This document shows, piece by piece, positions 11,454 through 23,737 of a stretch of DNA of 64,000 bases (its first letter is position 1; every line of letters starts with the position of its first letter). The stretch is taken from the NCBI GenBank assembly GCA_964544625.1, contig CAZJBQ010000003.1, positions 2,658 through 66,657 of the forward strand, written 5' to 3'. The position numbers and the translations under genes are program-made. The notes under the pieces are model-generated. The model searched no databases. It was not told the DNA's origin and saw nothing but the letters and a program-made list of their open reading frames with translations. The stretch comes from an uncultured Candidatus Peribacteria bacterium. GTDB taxonomy: Bacteria > Patescibacteriota > Gracilibacteria > BD1-5 > JAGOOR01.

Positions 11454-12875
11454 ATGATAGAATTGCCCCACCATACTGCAAATAAAAAGATTGCTGTTAT
11501 AGGTGGCAGTTTTAGTGGTATTTTGACGGCTCTTCTTTTGAGAGCATATGGGTTTAAGGCGATTGATATACTTGAGAAATCAGAAAGTGTTTTTCCGCAA
11601 CATGCGTCATTTATGAATGCGGGTACTCTTATTCATCATCTTAATTTCTGAGGAGATAAGGAGAGTTTCCAAAAGATGATTTCTGCGTGTCTTTTTTTCT
11701 TAAGAGTATTTCCTATTCATGTCTATTCTGCAACGCGGGCGAACTTACTACTTCCAAATGACTCAGAAAATCCCGCTATTCACGGAGAGTCTTCAGCGCT
11801 TAATAATTTAGCTGAATTGCGGAGAATATATAAGCAACATGTTGCCACTACTGGTCATTCCCCATTTGGTTCTATTGAAAAACTATTTAGAACGTTAGAT
11901 GAGTCAGAACTACGACAACAATATTGATCTATATGATGAAAATCATGGTTATGAGTGGATTGAGTTTTCCATTCGGCTTTTGACGTTGCTCAGTTCTTTG
12001 CTGACCCAGATGCTCTCATACGGCATCTTTATAGGCATCTATTTTCCACTGATGGAAATGCTATTACACTGAAAACTTCATCTCATGTATCATCTATTAT
12101 TCCTGTCATTAATGGATTTGATGTGGGAGGCGAGTCTGCATCATTCTGAACATATAGTGCTATTATTGGCCAAGCGCATGCAGGGAATTTTTCTCTCCGA
12201 ATGCCATGATTATCAGAAAAACTACCCTGTCATATGCGGAGAAAAGGGCTTCTCTTGATGGATGGAAAGGGATTAAGCATTCCCCCGACTGTTATGATTC
12301 GTGGTTTTTATGGGGCGCTTTTGCCTGTTGGTAATGATCAATTTTTGGTCATATCTGGTCGACATTTTGATTTAGATGAGATTCATTTTCCTGGAGATGG
12401 TCAGGATTTAGAGCAGAAATTGCATCAATGGGATACTGCACCAATTGATACATATAGTTCTTGGTCGAGTGAGGAGCAATTTGCAACTGCTGTTATCGAT
12501 GATGTGGCAGAGAGATTGCCCATTGTTCGAAAGATGAGACTCATACGTCCTATTTTTGGTACTCATGTATATGATCCAAGCAGAAAAGATGCAGCAGTAG
12601 ATGTGGCGTCTGTTCGTGATAAAAATCTGATTGCTCATGAATTTGTCCAAAAAGATGCCGTAGCACTTCTGGCCTGACATACTAAATTGACCACTATTCC
12701 TATGTCTTCTGTGCATATAGTAAGTAGAGTACTTGCGACCTTGTCTTGAGGAAAGCATCCAGGTATACGATTCACAGAGTATGGTTTTCCTATAATCCCT
12801 GACCAAATATTAGGTTCATGGATGACAAAAGATGTTGTTGTTTCCCAGCAGAAGCCATGTCCACGTTTTAAATAA
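11454..12875 (+). CDS. FAD-dependent oxidoreductase (DAO-like), 473 aa
   Basis: KIAVIGGSFSGILTALLL is a GxGxxG dinucleotide fold. Track ORFs 11412.., 11676.. and 12234.. are in one frame and join through TGA. TAA at 12873-12875. Confidence 0.7.
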
Positions 12876-12877
12876 AG

Positions 12878-14974
12878 TTATAGACACACCACTACTGGTT
12901 CTCTTTCCCAGACTTTGAGCACCATTTTCCCGAGATCTTTTGCGAGGAATTCGCAGAAATTTTTGTGATGTTCTTCTGGTTTTTTATTTGCCACTGCTTT
13001 CTTCACGTAGTCAGCTATAGCTCCGTGTGATGCACTGATTTCATCAGGGAAGAAGAGGCCACGAGATTCGACGAGAGCCTCTTTGACATTGACGACGAGG
13101 ACACCTTCTTCACCGAGTTGTATACGGTCTTTGACTGCTTTTGTCTCGAGAGAACCGATACTCATACCATCGACGCCGAGGGCTTCGAGCTGGATTTTTT
13201 TGCGAGAGAAAATGAGTTCATGGCGTTCATCGAGTTCGACTATGGAACCGTCTTCGAGCATGAGGACATTTTTTGGATCCCATCCCATTTTCACTGCTTC
13301 GCGTTTGAGTGTAAGACGTTGTGTGATATCTCCGTGCACAGGGATGATGTATTTTGGTCTCACGAGATTCATAATAACACGCTGTTCTGCTATACCACCA
13401 TGACCACCAGAGTGGACTTCATTTTCTTTGATGGTGATGATTTTTGCACCAAATCGATTGAGACGATTCATCATATCGATGATAGCCAGTTCATTACCAG
13501 GAATGATTGAAGAGGAGAGGATGATAGTATCTCGAGGTTTGATCGAAATAGTCTGATGATCTCCGCGAGAAATATTGTTGAGACCTCCAAATTCTTCTCC
13601 TTGGGCGCCAGTGGTGATGATGATTTGTTTGTTTTCTGGGATACTCTCCATCGTCTTAGAGTCGAGAGGTTTGAGTGTCCCTTCTTTGCATTTCAGGATG
13701 CCCATTTCTCGTGCGATAGCGACACAATCGACCATACTTCGTCCATTGACGAGGACATGACGACCGAGTTGCTCAGCAATCGTGACGACGTCCTGGATAC
13801 GACTAATGAGCGTTGAAAAGTTTCCAATGATGACACGTTCTGGTGCATCTTGGATGAGTTGTTTGAGCTCTCCGGTTACTTTTGTTTCTGATGTCGTCCA
13901 ATCTTGTTTGTATGAATTGGTTGTTTCTTGGAGGAGAATATCGATACCGCGTGACGCTATGCGACTATAATTCGCGAGGTCAACAGGCTTGTCGATGCGA
14001 GGGAAGAATTCGAGCTTGTAGTCACCCATATGCATGATACGAGCTGATGGCGTCTCGATATAGACACCACAACTATCTGGGATGGTGTGGTTAACGCGGA
14101 AGAATTCATATTTAAAGACTCCAACATTTGCCATTTTTCCAGCATCTGGATTGACGGTAAAAAATTGGACTTTATTTTTGAGACCAGCTTCTTCGAAACT
14201 TTTTTTGATCATGGCTATGGTAAATGGGGCACCATAGAGAGGAGGAAATCCGAGAGCAGGAACGAGATTCTTGAGCGCTCCAATATGGTCGAGATGGCCA
14301 TGGGTGATAAACATCGCTTTGATTCTTTTCAAGTGTGGTTGAAGGAATCGAATATCAGGAAGGAGATAATTGAAACCAGGAGAATTACCGCCACGAGCGA
14401 ATTCGAGACCACCATCGACGATGAGGATATCTTCACCATGTTCAAACATCGTCATATTCGCACCGACAGTACGGAGACCCCCGATAGGAATCATACGAGT
14501 GACATTGTGCTCTACTTTTGGTAGGACTTGTGGTTCAGACGTTTTTGGGAATATAACTGGTACATTGAGACTCTTTATCACGGCAGGAGAGAGTTGAGTA
14601 GGCGTCTCTGTGCTTTGACCGACTTCCGGAGATGGATTACGTAAAATAGGTTTCTCAGGTGGGAGCTCGAGACGTTTGAGTGGTCGATTCTTTGGGAGAA
14701 ATGGTTTTTCTGTTGCCGAAAAAGGTTTACGAGCTCCTGTTGGGTTTGGCCTAGGGGCGAGAGGCGTACCTGGCTTTTTTAGAGGTGCAATGTGGCTCTT
14801 GGGCTGTTGAGGAAGGATTGGTTTTGGAGCTATCTTAGCTGCAAATGGTCGTACTTCAGAAGGGTTTCCTGGTTGTACTGGCGATCCCTGAGTTGGGATT
14901 TCTGGTTTTGGGGTTGGTTGCTTGGTGACTTCTCAGAGTTCTGAGTCAAGTTCAGCAAAAAAATTGTCGGACAT
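12878..14974 (-). CDS. rnj: Ribonuclease J with a Pro-rich N-terminal extension
   Basis: The 567-aa core ORF has the metallo-beta-lactamase motif THGHLDHIGAL and the beta-CASP layout. An in-frame ATG at 14974 adds 131 low-complexity residues if the TGA near 14935 is read as Gly. Confidence 0.9.
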
Positions 14975-15230
14975 AAAAAATAATACAAAATAAAACGGAG
15001 GATGTATGAATCCGCAAGGAAAAGCTAGGAGAGTGTATGCGGTGACATGAGCATCATCGAGACCACAGTATGAGCTCTATTGATGACCACGGACGGGACG
15101 TGAGTGGTACGAAGTGAGAATATGATAGCTTGTTTTCTCTTCTGAAACAACTGGTAGTGTCTTGATTTTTTGTATTTTATAGTTCTAACCTGCATAGAGG
15201 AGTATAAATATTTTAGAATTGATTGCAAAT

Positions 15231-16277
15231 TTATTCGAACAAGCTGTCGTCGTGTTCGCTGACCCAATTTGTAGTTTTCCCTTTTCCATACCATGGCCAG
15301 AGGAGCACGTCTGTGTGTTCAAAAGTACCTGCTTTGATATCGTTGAGGGGATTCATCGCGAGTTCAAAGTGGAGATGGTAGAGATATTTTTTGTCTGGCA
15401 CAGCTGATCCTCACACGTGTCAGAGCACAGTACCTTGTCATACTCTTCTTCATTCATACATATCCTCAGGTATGCTCTCGAGGTGAGCGTATATAGCGAC
15501 ATGTCCTGAAACTGTTTTGAGATAGACAGTGTTACCACGATAGGTATCGAGATTTTCTTGTTTCTCTATATCTGAATCACCATCATGGAGATGAGCCATT
15601 TCTTGCCAGCTAAAGTCGCGTTTGACGTGGATGATTGTACCGTCTTCGATCGCAGTGACTGGAGTTCATTCGGAGGTATAAAAATCCCAACCATGATGAA
15701 TTCCATCAGTTGAATCTGCCCGAAACGGACGTGGAGAATTTGGGAGGTGTGTAGATTTTGTTGGGAGAGCAACACTTGCTATAGGAAGAGAGTATTTCCT
15801 TTTTCGAGCTGCGAGGACGGTGTCGATATTGTCGAAAAATTGTCGTATCTTCATCGAAGAGAGCTTGTAATCTGTACGGAGTATGCTCCCAGCTTTGAGT
15901 GTATTTTCGAGAGTACTGGTAGATACATCAGAGAGGGTTTCTATTTCAGGCAGATTATTTGCTATAGGGAGTATGTAGTTCTTTTTTTGAAAAGTGACCA
16001 CGGGGAGTGTACATCGTCCTTTTGATTTCCATTGTACGACTGATGATGTGTCTGATGATTTGAGTATGATTCTCTTTTGAGAACAAGGCGAAGTGAGACC
16101 ATCAACATCTCACGAAGAGAGCCCTATGAGTACACCAGATCCTGTATCCAGAGAAGTCACACCAGAATAGAGTATCTCTAGAGGTGGCGTGACATAAGGC
16201 TCAGAATTGGCTTCGGATATGAGAATGCCAGGGAGTAAAAGTGTTATCAATCAGACTGACAAGGAGTGTCGAATCAT
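15231..16277 (-). CDS. M23 family metallopeptidase (348 aa)
   Basis: Signal peptide, then GIHHGWDF (HxxxD) and ...[G]HV[G]GSAVPDKKYLYHLHFEL (the HLH motif). Eight in-frame TGA. TAA at 15231-15233. Confidence 0.85.
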
Positions 16278-16480
16278 ACGATTTTTTGGTGTGTTTTTTC
16301 TACGAACAATTGATAATAGTGTATAAAAAAATTGATCGAATCAAGTTATTTATGATATTTCTCTGCTTGATTATGCTTTTTTCTCTTTTTTGCGATAAAA
16401 AATGATCAGTTGTGTGAAGAGCGTGTGAAGTATGCTTTCTTTTCTCGATGTTTCCTTTATCATCTCCCCACCTTCTTTTT

Positions 16481-18352
16481 ATGAAAAAAATCTTTCTTTC
16501 TTTTCTTTTTTGTTTTACTGCTTTTACATGGGCCTCTTGACAGCTCGACAGCGCTCGTTATCTCGCAGAACAAGATATCATCGTCAATCAATCAATACGG
16601 GCTCAACAGTATCGTATTAATACATCTCTTGAGATGCAAGAGGTAGCAATGTATCGACTCGGTGACTTCCTTACGAGACAGGAGGCTCTCGGAATTATTG
16701 TCAAAATGGCGAATCTCTACCTCCCTCCATCGTATAGTTGTCGTAAGTATTTCACTGATACACCAGAGTGGTGGGTCTGTCGTGCGGCAGAAGTGTCAGC
16801 TAATAATGGGATAGTGTCACGTAACAATACGAGATTCCGACCACGTGATACACTCACTCTCGCTGAGTCACTTGGTCTCATGATTAAAGCTCTCAATATA
16901 CCTCTTTCTACGTCTTCGACGAGTACTATTTCTGGTAATATTCCTGACTGGCAAAAGAGAATTATCCTCACTCTCCGAGAGCAAAATATAGGGTATGTAC
17001 AAGAAATACAGCCAAGAACTCCTTATGGAAATATCATATATAATTTTTATTGGGATGGTTATGATGGGAGAGGTTTGTGATTAGATTTTTCTCATCGTCT
17101 TACTCGTGGTGAATTTTTTCAGATTGCTTTTCTCTTTCTTACTCGCAATGAGTCAGTAGATCCTGTTTGTGAGAATTATCGATATAGTAATTGTCCATCT
17201 CGTTGTGATGCTGTTTGTGTTTCATCGAGTTGTAGTGGTGACATGTGTACTGCTGATTGTGAGTGACCGAATAGTTGTGTTCCAAAACCTTTTTCCTTTG
17301 AATGATGTAAAACGTATAATGATGGATGTAATGAATGTAGTGTTTCGTGAGGTGATGCTATTGCCTGTACTGAGCGTGCTTGTATTTGGCAGGGTACTCC
17401 ATCGTGTTCTGTCTGTGAACCAGGTTATGTGTTGAGCAATAAACGATGTATACCTGCTCCTAATTCTTGTGTCAAAGAGGGGGGTTATGCAGGTGGTGGT
17501 ATGATTATAGATGAGAATTATTCTGGTTATGTTTGTTGTAGTGGTCTGACTCGTGCTGAGCGTGCTGATGGTACGACTTTTGCCGATGCAGGATATACCT
17601 GTATCCGCCAAGGCGATAACTATTGTGATAGTCGTTATGAAAATGCTTATAATTCTTCTGATTGTCGGACGACTGCTTGTGTCAAAGAAGGTGGTGAGGT
17701 GGGGAATTATTCCGTTGCTCCAGAATATCAAAATATCGGTACTTGTTGTAGTGGATTAACGAGCGTATGACCAAAAGACCTCGTTGTCGGTGGCTCCAAT
17801 ATATGTGCGAACATAGGAGATGGATATTGCGATAGTCGATATGAGAGTACGTTGAATTCTTCTGATTGTTCGTCGACAACAACTTTTGATTCATCTATCT
17901 GTCAGAGTTATTTTGATGGATGTAATAGTTGTTCTCGTCAGTCAAATGGCCAAACTATTTGTACTATGATGGCTTGTTTTACCAATGGGCCAGCATATTG
18001 TACCAGCTACGTTTCGTATTCTCCTATAAATCAATCTCAGGATGATACGTATCTTAACAGAGTCTTAAATGAAATCCATAATTATACGAAAGACCTCTCT
18101 TGTACGAACCATAGCCAATGTGATTGGAAACTTTTTGGTCGTAATCCATGTGGCAGCTCAAGTATTGGTATCAAGTATTCATCCAAAAATATTGATATGA
18201 CTCTTTTTGAGAGCAAGACAAATTTTTATACTTCCGCTCAAGCACTTTATCATCAAACATATCCTACTTTTGGTACGTGTGCGATGATGTCTCCTCCACC
18301 ATCATTGAGTTGTATCAATAATGTTTGTAGCTACGGTGGAGAAGCTCTATAA
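16481..18352 (+). CDS. Secreted Cys-rich protein with an SLH-like N-terminal module (623 aa)
   Basis: Signal peptide MKKIFLSFLFCFTAF. The module FTDTPEWWVCRAAEVSANNGIVS...RPRDTLTLAE is followed by a long Cys-rich region. Track ORFs 16634.., 17429.. and 17852.. share the frame. Confidence 0.7.
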
Positions 18353-20089
18353 TTACATCTCTTCAGGAAGAGGCATGCCGAGAATAGTTGCTGTGTAGCG
18401 AATAATTTCGAGACTGGTACGGATAATTTTTATTCGTGCTCCTCTTTCATTTTCTGGTGTCTCTTTGAGTTTCGGAGTATTCACATAGAGAGCATTCAGA
18501 TGTCTCGTCATCGTGGCAATATGGGCTATCAAAAGGTGAAATTTGTATGTTTCTCCACAGGCTATCAGGAGCTCATTGAAAGCGAGAATGTCCAATACGA
18601 TATCACGATCGAAAGTGGTGAAGTTTACTGTTGATAGTTTATTGTTGATAGTTGTTTCGGGGCCGATTTCATCAAGTATTTTTTTCCATCGTACATAGGT
18701 GTACTGGAGGTATGGTCCACTATTTCCTTCGAAGGCGAGGACTTTATCCCATTCAAAAATCCAATCGCGTTCACGATCTTGACTTAAAAAAGAGTAGACA
18801 ATCGCTCCAAGGGCCACGGCTTTTGTGTCGCTGTCAGAGAGCGTTCTCTCACGCGCTTCAAGTATTTTTTTGACACGATCAAAGCTTTCTCCAATCAAAT
18901 CTTTCAAAAATATCACACGTCCGTGTCGTGTCGACATAGCCCCATCGGGGAGACTTACGAAACCATTTCCTGCATGAGTGAGCTCAGTATTTTTTCCATC
19001 GAGCCAAGCCTTTGCCGCTGTTGCGAATAGTTGCCTAAAATGGAGCGCTTGTCGATTATCGACAAAATAGACAATACGACTTGGAGACCAGTTTTTGAGA
19101 CGGTACTTGATAGCGGCGAGATCACTCGCGAGATAGCCATGCGTTCCGTCTCGTTTTTGGAGAATACATGAGGGGAGTTTTGTTTCTTTTAGAAATACTA
19201 CTCCGACACTTTCGTCTTCATTTTTCGTAGCAATTCATCTCTCGGTGAGTTCGTCGACGACCGCAGACATCGTATTGTCAGGTGTGAGATCGGGCCAATT
19301 GCCGAGTTTTGGAAGTGGTAGACCTTCATAGAAACTCTCACCAATCCAGATATCAGGATGGACACCAAATTCGCTCATGACAGCCCGCACTCCTGCGAGA
19401 CTTTTGTCGGTGAATTGTTGCCAGAGTTTTACTGATGCTTCGTCACCTTCGGAGAGAAGCTTAAATGCATCACGACACTCTTGTTCTATTGCTGGCTCTT
19501 TTTCTGTTTTTTCTGTGATAGCGACATAGATTTCTAGCAGATGATGCACTGGATCTTTTTCAAATGCATCTTCATCACCGAAATATTTCCAACCGGTGAT
19601 GAGTTTGCCAAATATTCCACCCCAATCCCCCTGATGCATATCAGCCGTGACATCGTATCCCATGAGACGGAGGAGGTTGATCGTCGCTTGTCCGAAAAGT
19701 GGTGTGCAGAGATGACCTATATGGAGCGGTTTCCCGATATTTGCCCCCATATAATCGACGACGATTTTCTCATTTTTCTTTTCAAATATTGGCAGTGACC
19801 AATTTTCTAACTCTTTTGTATAAAAATCGTCTGTGACGGTGAGATTCACGAAACCGCCTTGGATATTTCCATCTGTTACATAGCTTTCATTTTTCATGAA
19901 ATCAAGAACTTCTTGTGCGAGCACTGGCGGAGGTGTTTTTGTCGCTTTCACAGCCGGAAATATATTGATACAGATATCACCAAATTTGCGATCTGGGGGT
20001 ATAGTGAACTGAAAAATATCGCTGGAACAGTTTTTGTTGGTCTTTTTGAGATAGTGTCCGAGGGATTCTCTGAGGGCTGTAGACTGCAT
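18353..20089 (-). CDS. argS: Arginine--tRNA ligase
   Basis: PLHIGHL (HIGH motif), MSTRHG, and a C-terminal anticodon-binding region. The two track fragments join across TGA at 19235-19237. Likely start is MQSTALRE at 20089. 578 aa. Confidence 0.9.
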
Positions 20090-20192
20090 AAATAAAGGGA
20101 AAGAATTATGAGCAGTATATGCGTAAAACAAAAAGGGGCAATATTTGCATATGAGTTCAGGATAGTGTACTATGAGTGGGTAATTATTTTTT

Positions 20193-21593
20193 ATGGCAGG
20201 ACCCGAAAAAACACCCGCGCAAAAAGAAGCTGAAAAAGCTGCTCTCGAGCAGGCTCGTCTCAAGGCTGCTCAAGAAGCTCAAGAACAACAAGAAAGAGCA
20301 GAAATGGCACAGGAATTATTGAAATCCAAAAAAGAATGAGTTGTTCAAGATACTAAAGAAAAAGAAGAACAACTCGACGTAGCTCTCCCTCCAGAAAATA
20401 TACTCAAAGATGAGAAAAAATTCGGAGAAATATTTGATCTCAAGCTCGCTAATACTCCTCGTAATATCCCAGCCTTTCTCGATGCAATAGCAGAGAAAAA
20501 TCCTACTCTTCTCCAGAATCCAATTATTATCCAGGTCCTTGCTGAGAAAATTCAGACACTTCTCCAAACGGTTGCCAAAGATTCGAGCCTCTCTGGAGAT
20601 CGTGATTGGATGGATCATCTTCGTCAGAGTATTCAGCGAGTTATCATCGATCCTGACCTCTACAAAAAAATGGATGCGTATGGTACGATGGATAAAGCCC
20701 TTCGAGACAAACTCCAGAGCCAACTCTGAATTGAGGGGATTACGGCGGATTTGGATAAAAACACAATAGACATTGTTCGTAGAGTGCATACTGGCTTTTA
20801 TCAATTTGATACTGAGATAAACGGTTGGGTGAATTCTCTCTGAGCCCATGTATTTCTCTGGCCAGAGAATATAGCCGGTATCAAGACATATCTCCGCGCT
20901 GTCCAGCCAGATCATCCTTTTCTCTCTGTCACCAATTATCATAGCAATGATAAAGAAGGGAAGTATACATTTCAATTCACAGGCGGTGGTCACAATATGG
21001 CACTGGCAGAAGCGGATTATCTCCAGCATTATCTCGCAGAACGTGCGAAAGGTCCGAAAATGACTCACGCAGAAATAGTGAATAAACTCGCTCAAACCCA
21101 TGCCGTGACTACTGGTTCTCAGGCTGCTGTTGATGCATTTGAAAATACGTATAAGCAAGGACGTGTAAGCTATTTGAATGAATCAAAAGGAAATTTTGTT
21201 ACCCAAAATACTGAGCTTTCAAAGACCATTTTACCGACAGAACCATATCTCCAACTAACTGCACTCGTCGAAAGTCCAAATTATGCTGACCAGAAGGAAA
21301 AATATGATAAAATACGTGAAAAACGTCCAGAAATTATGGATATTATTTATGATATTGCATGAGGATTTATACGTTTTGATACCGATCATCATCGTTTTGA
21401 AACTGCGACACAAAGAATTATACATTTCAATCGTTCTGAACTATCTATGATTGATGAAATATTTCAAAAATTTCAACCAAATTCTCCGTTTCTCATTGAT
21501 AGAAAAATTCGTACTAATGAAAATCGTCTCATAATGCAGGAACATGAGAAGCCAAAGATTCTCCAAGAGCGTCTCAATTACTATCAACAATAA
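20193..21593 (+). CDS. Hypothetical protein (466 aa)
   Basis: ATG at 20193 is in frame with ORF 20997..21362. Four in-frame TGA. The composition is charged and helical. The 280-aa minus-strand track ORF across this region looks like antisense noise. Confidence 0.6.
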
Positions 21594-21614
21594 TTATTTT
21601 CTAATTTTTATTAT

Positions 21615-22043
21615 ATGTCTATCAAATCATCTGTTCGTTCTGCTCTCTCAGCTATTGATGATAATCGCCCTGCTGATGCAAAAAGTGCACTCAATAGTAT
21701 TGGTGGTGACCTTTCTTCTATAGTGAGTAATGCTAATTCAGCTGATGGAGATAACGCACGTGTCAAAACTGAGTCTACCCAGGCTCAATCTGATATGAGT
21801 CGTGATATGCAAGAGGCGCAAAGTAAGTTCACTACTGCCATGAATGAAGCGACTCGAATACTTGAAGAAGCAATTACGGAAGCGCAATGAAACTTTTCTC
21901 GTGCCCGTACTGCTGCCGAAGAAACACTAGCAAGTGATCTCAATAGCGCTCAAAGTACTCTGAATGGACATGTTGCTGACATACAAGGATTGACTGCTAA
22001 AATTGATAGTTCTTTGAATAGGATAAAAGATTTAGCTTCCTAG
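21615..22043 (+). CDS. Hypothetical coiled-coil-like protein (142 aa)
   Basis: ORF 21615..21890 extends across TGA to TAG at 22041-22043. Confidence 0.55.
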
Positions 22044-22078
22044 TTTCGCGAGTATCGCTATACTCTGCATGATTTTTC

Positions 22079-22594
22079 ATGCACTACTCAGCTCCATCAC
22101 ATCCACTCATACATGCTCTTCTGCTTCGCCGAGAAGAATTTCGTGGTATTCAGAGACTTATCGTCGAGACGCGGGAGCAGTGAGAAAAATTATTAAAAAC
22201 CCTTCAAACACTCGCTGAAATCGAAAAAAATAACAAACAATACCGACTCATCTCCAACAAAACAGATATCCTAGAAGTGCTCTATGATACAGAGCTAGTT
22301 GGTATATTCCCAATTGAAACGCTGGATTGGGATGTAACTGAACTCGAATCAAAACTCACACTCTCTCTGGAGAAAAATATGAAATACAGCGAAGAAAAAC
22401 TCGTCAATTGGCTCACTGATCATGGATTCAAAGCCGGGAAATCCGATGAAGAACATACATTTTTTCGACAAGGCGACACAGTGAGTATCCAGACACGGAA
22501 ATGAACTCTTCTTGTAAACTTTTTTGGCACGATACTAGAAACCCTCTATCTCGGTTCTGAGGAAATAGGTGAGTTTCGATTGTTTTCTTGTTAG
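22079..22594 (+). CDS. Hypothetical protein (171 aa)
   Basis: ATG at 22079 is in frame with ORF 22277..22504. Two in-frame TGA, TAG at 22592-22594. Confidence 0.5.
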
Positions 22595-22599
22595 TCGTC

Positions 22600-22619
22600 A
22601 TTCCCGCGAAGGCGGGAAT
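22600..22619. repeat. GC-rich perfect hairpin ATTCCCGC-GAAG-GCGGGAAT
   Basis: An 8-bp stem with a 4-nt loop, 6 nt after the stop of the preceding gene. It is far more GC-rich than its surroundings and is not followed by a T-tract. Confidence 0.6.
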
Positions 22620-22667
22620 CCAGGCCAGAAACTAATTCTACTCATTATACCTTAGGATATATCTCTT

Positions 22668-22774
22668 GTACTTTTTGCAGAAAAAGTACCAAAACTGTTT
22701 AGGGGACAAAAACTCGGTCAGTTTTTCGACTTACAGTTCTGCATTCATGGACCTTAGACAGTTTGTCCCCTAAA
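22668..22774. repeat. Structured intergenic repeat, copy B
   Basis: GTACTTTTTG-CAG-AAAAAGTAC, then CAAAA, then TTTAGGGGACAAA...TTTGTCCCCTAAA. Lies between convergent genes. Confidence 0.7.
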
Positions 22775-22803
22775 GACCCGTTTCCGTTTAGCTTTTTTTA
22801 AAA

Positions 22804-23349
22804 TTAAATCAGATTTTTCTCTTTGAGTATTCCTGATTTTTCGAGAATCATTGCTTCTTCGACGCACCATGGCGAATATTTATCCGTGTTATTTTTTATT
22901 TCAGTGAGAAAATCATCCCAACTTATCCATTCGATGGCTTCGACTTCGTCTGGATTTATCATCGGTTCATCTTCGGTGTATCAGATATGGATAGGGCATA
23001 TCTCATTCTCCATGACGCCATCTTTGGTAAATTGGTAGCGGTAAGGTGATGCTTCTTCGATCCATTGCACAGTCATTCCGAGTTCGTCTTTGATTCTTCT
23101 CTTGGCTGCATCGGTATTTGGCTCATTGAGTCCGGGGTGACCACAACAACTATTTGACCAGGCAAGAGGCCAAGTTTTTTTGACGTGGCTTCTTTGTTGG
23201 AGGAGGAGCTTCTTTTCGGCATTAAAAATAAAAGCTGAAAATGCTCGATGGAGAGGCGTATTGGCGGTATGCACTTCGGATTTTGGCATGGTGCCCAGTA
23301 TATTGTTTTGTTCATCGACGAGGACGACGAGCTCTGCAGGAGTATTCAT
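22804..23349 (-). CDS. idi: Isopentenyl-diphosphate delta-isomerase (type 1, Nudix fold)
   Basis: HRAFSAFIFN...LLLQQRS..K..WPLAWSNSCCGHP is the type-1 IDI pattern. The frame extends across TGA at 22981. 181 aa. Confidence 0.85.
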
Positions 23350-23358
23350 GGCGAATGA

Positions 23359-23730
23359 TTATTGTGCGAAGTGTACAAAAAGAAGAGCAAATGCAACGAT
23401 TCATACACAGAGAAGTAACCACAAGATCCAATGTTTTTTCTGGGGTTTCTTTTTCTCTTGAGTTACGATATACGCACGAGCATCATTGAGCACTGAATTG
23501 GGTATCAGTATCCACATGAGGAGAGGTATAATCATAGCGTCATCGACTATCCCTAGGAGTGGTAAAATCTCTGGTAAGACATCAACAGGATTGATAACAT
23601 ATATGAGAGAGAGTATCGCTATGACGAACTTCGTACCTACAGGAGTTCTATTGTCCATATAGGCACGTGCGAGCATACGAATCTCATTTCTTATACCACG
23701 AATTTTTTTGATATTTTGGAGGAGCTTCAT
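23359..23730 (-). CDS. DUF1232 (YkvA-like) membrane protein
   Basis: INPVDVLPEILPLLGIVDDAMII matches the DUF1232 signature. The frame extends 13 codons past TGA at 23401. Confidence 0.7.
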
Positions 23731-23737
23731 AGATGAA

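Noticed and set aside
17222-17731. A 169-aa minus-strand ORF rich in Thr, Ile and Arg.
   Set aside because: It is antisense to the Cys-rich secreted protein gene at 16481-18352, and its low-complexity composition mirrors that gene's codons.
20316-21158. A 280-aa uninterrupted minus-strand ORF in the standard-code track.
   Set aside because: Its composition (Cys, Phe and Ile-rich, no motifs) looks like antisense noise. The plus strand encodes a protein-like 466-aa product once TGA is read as Gly.
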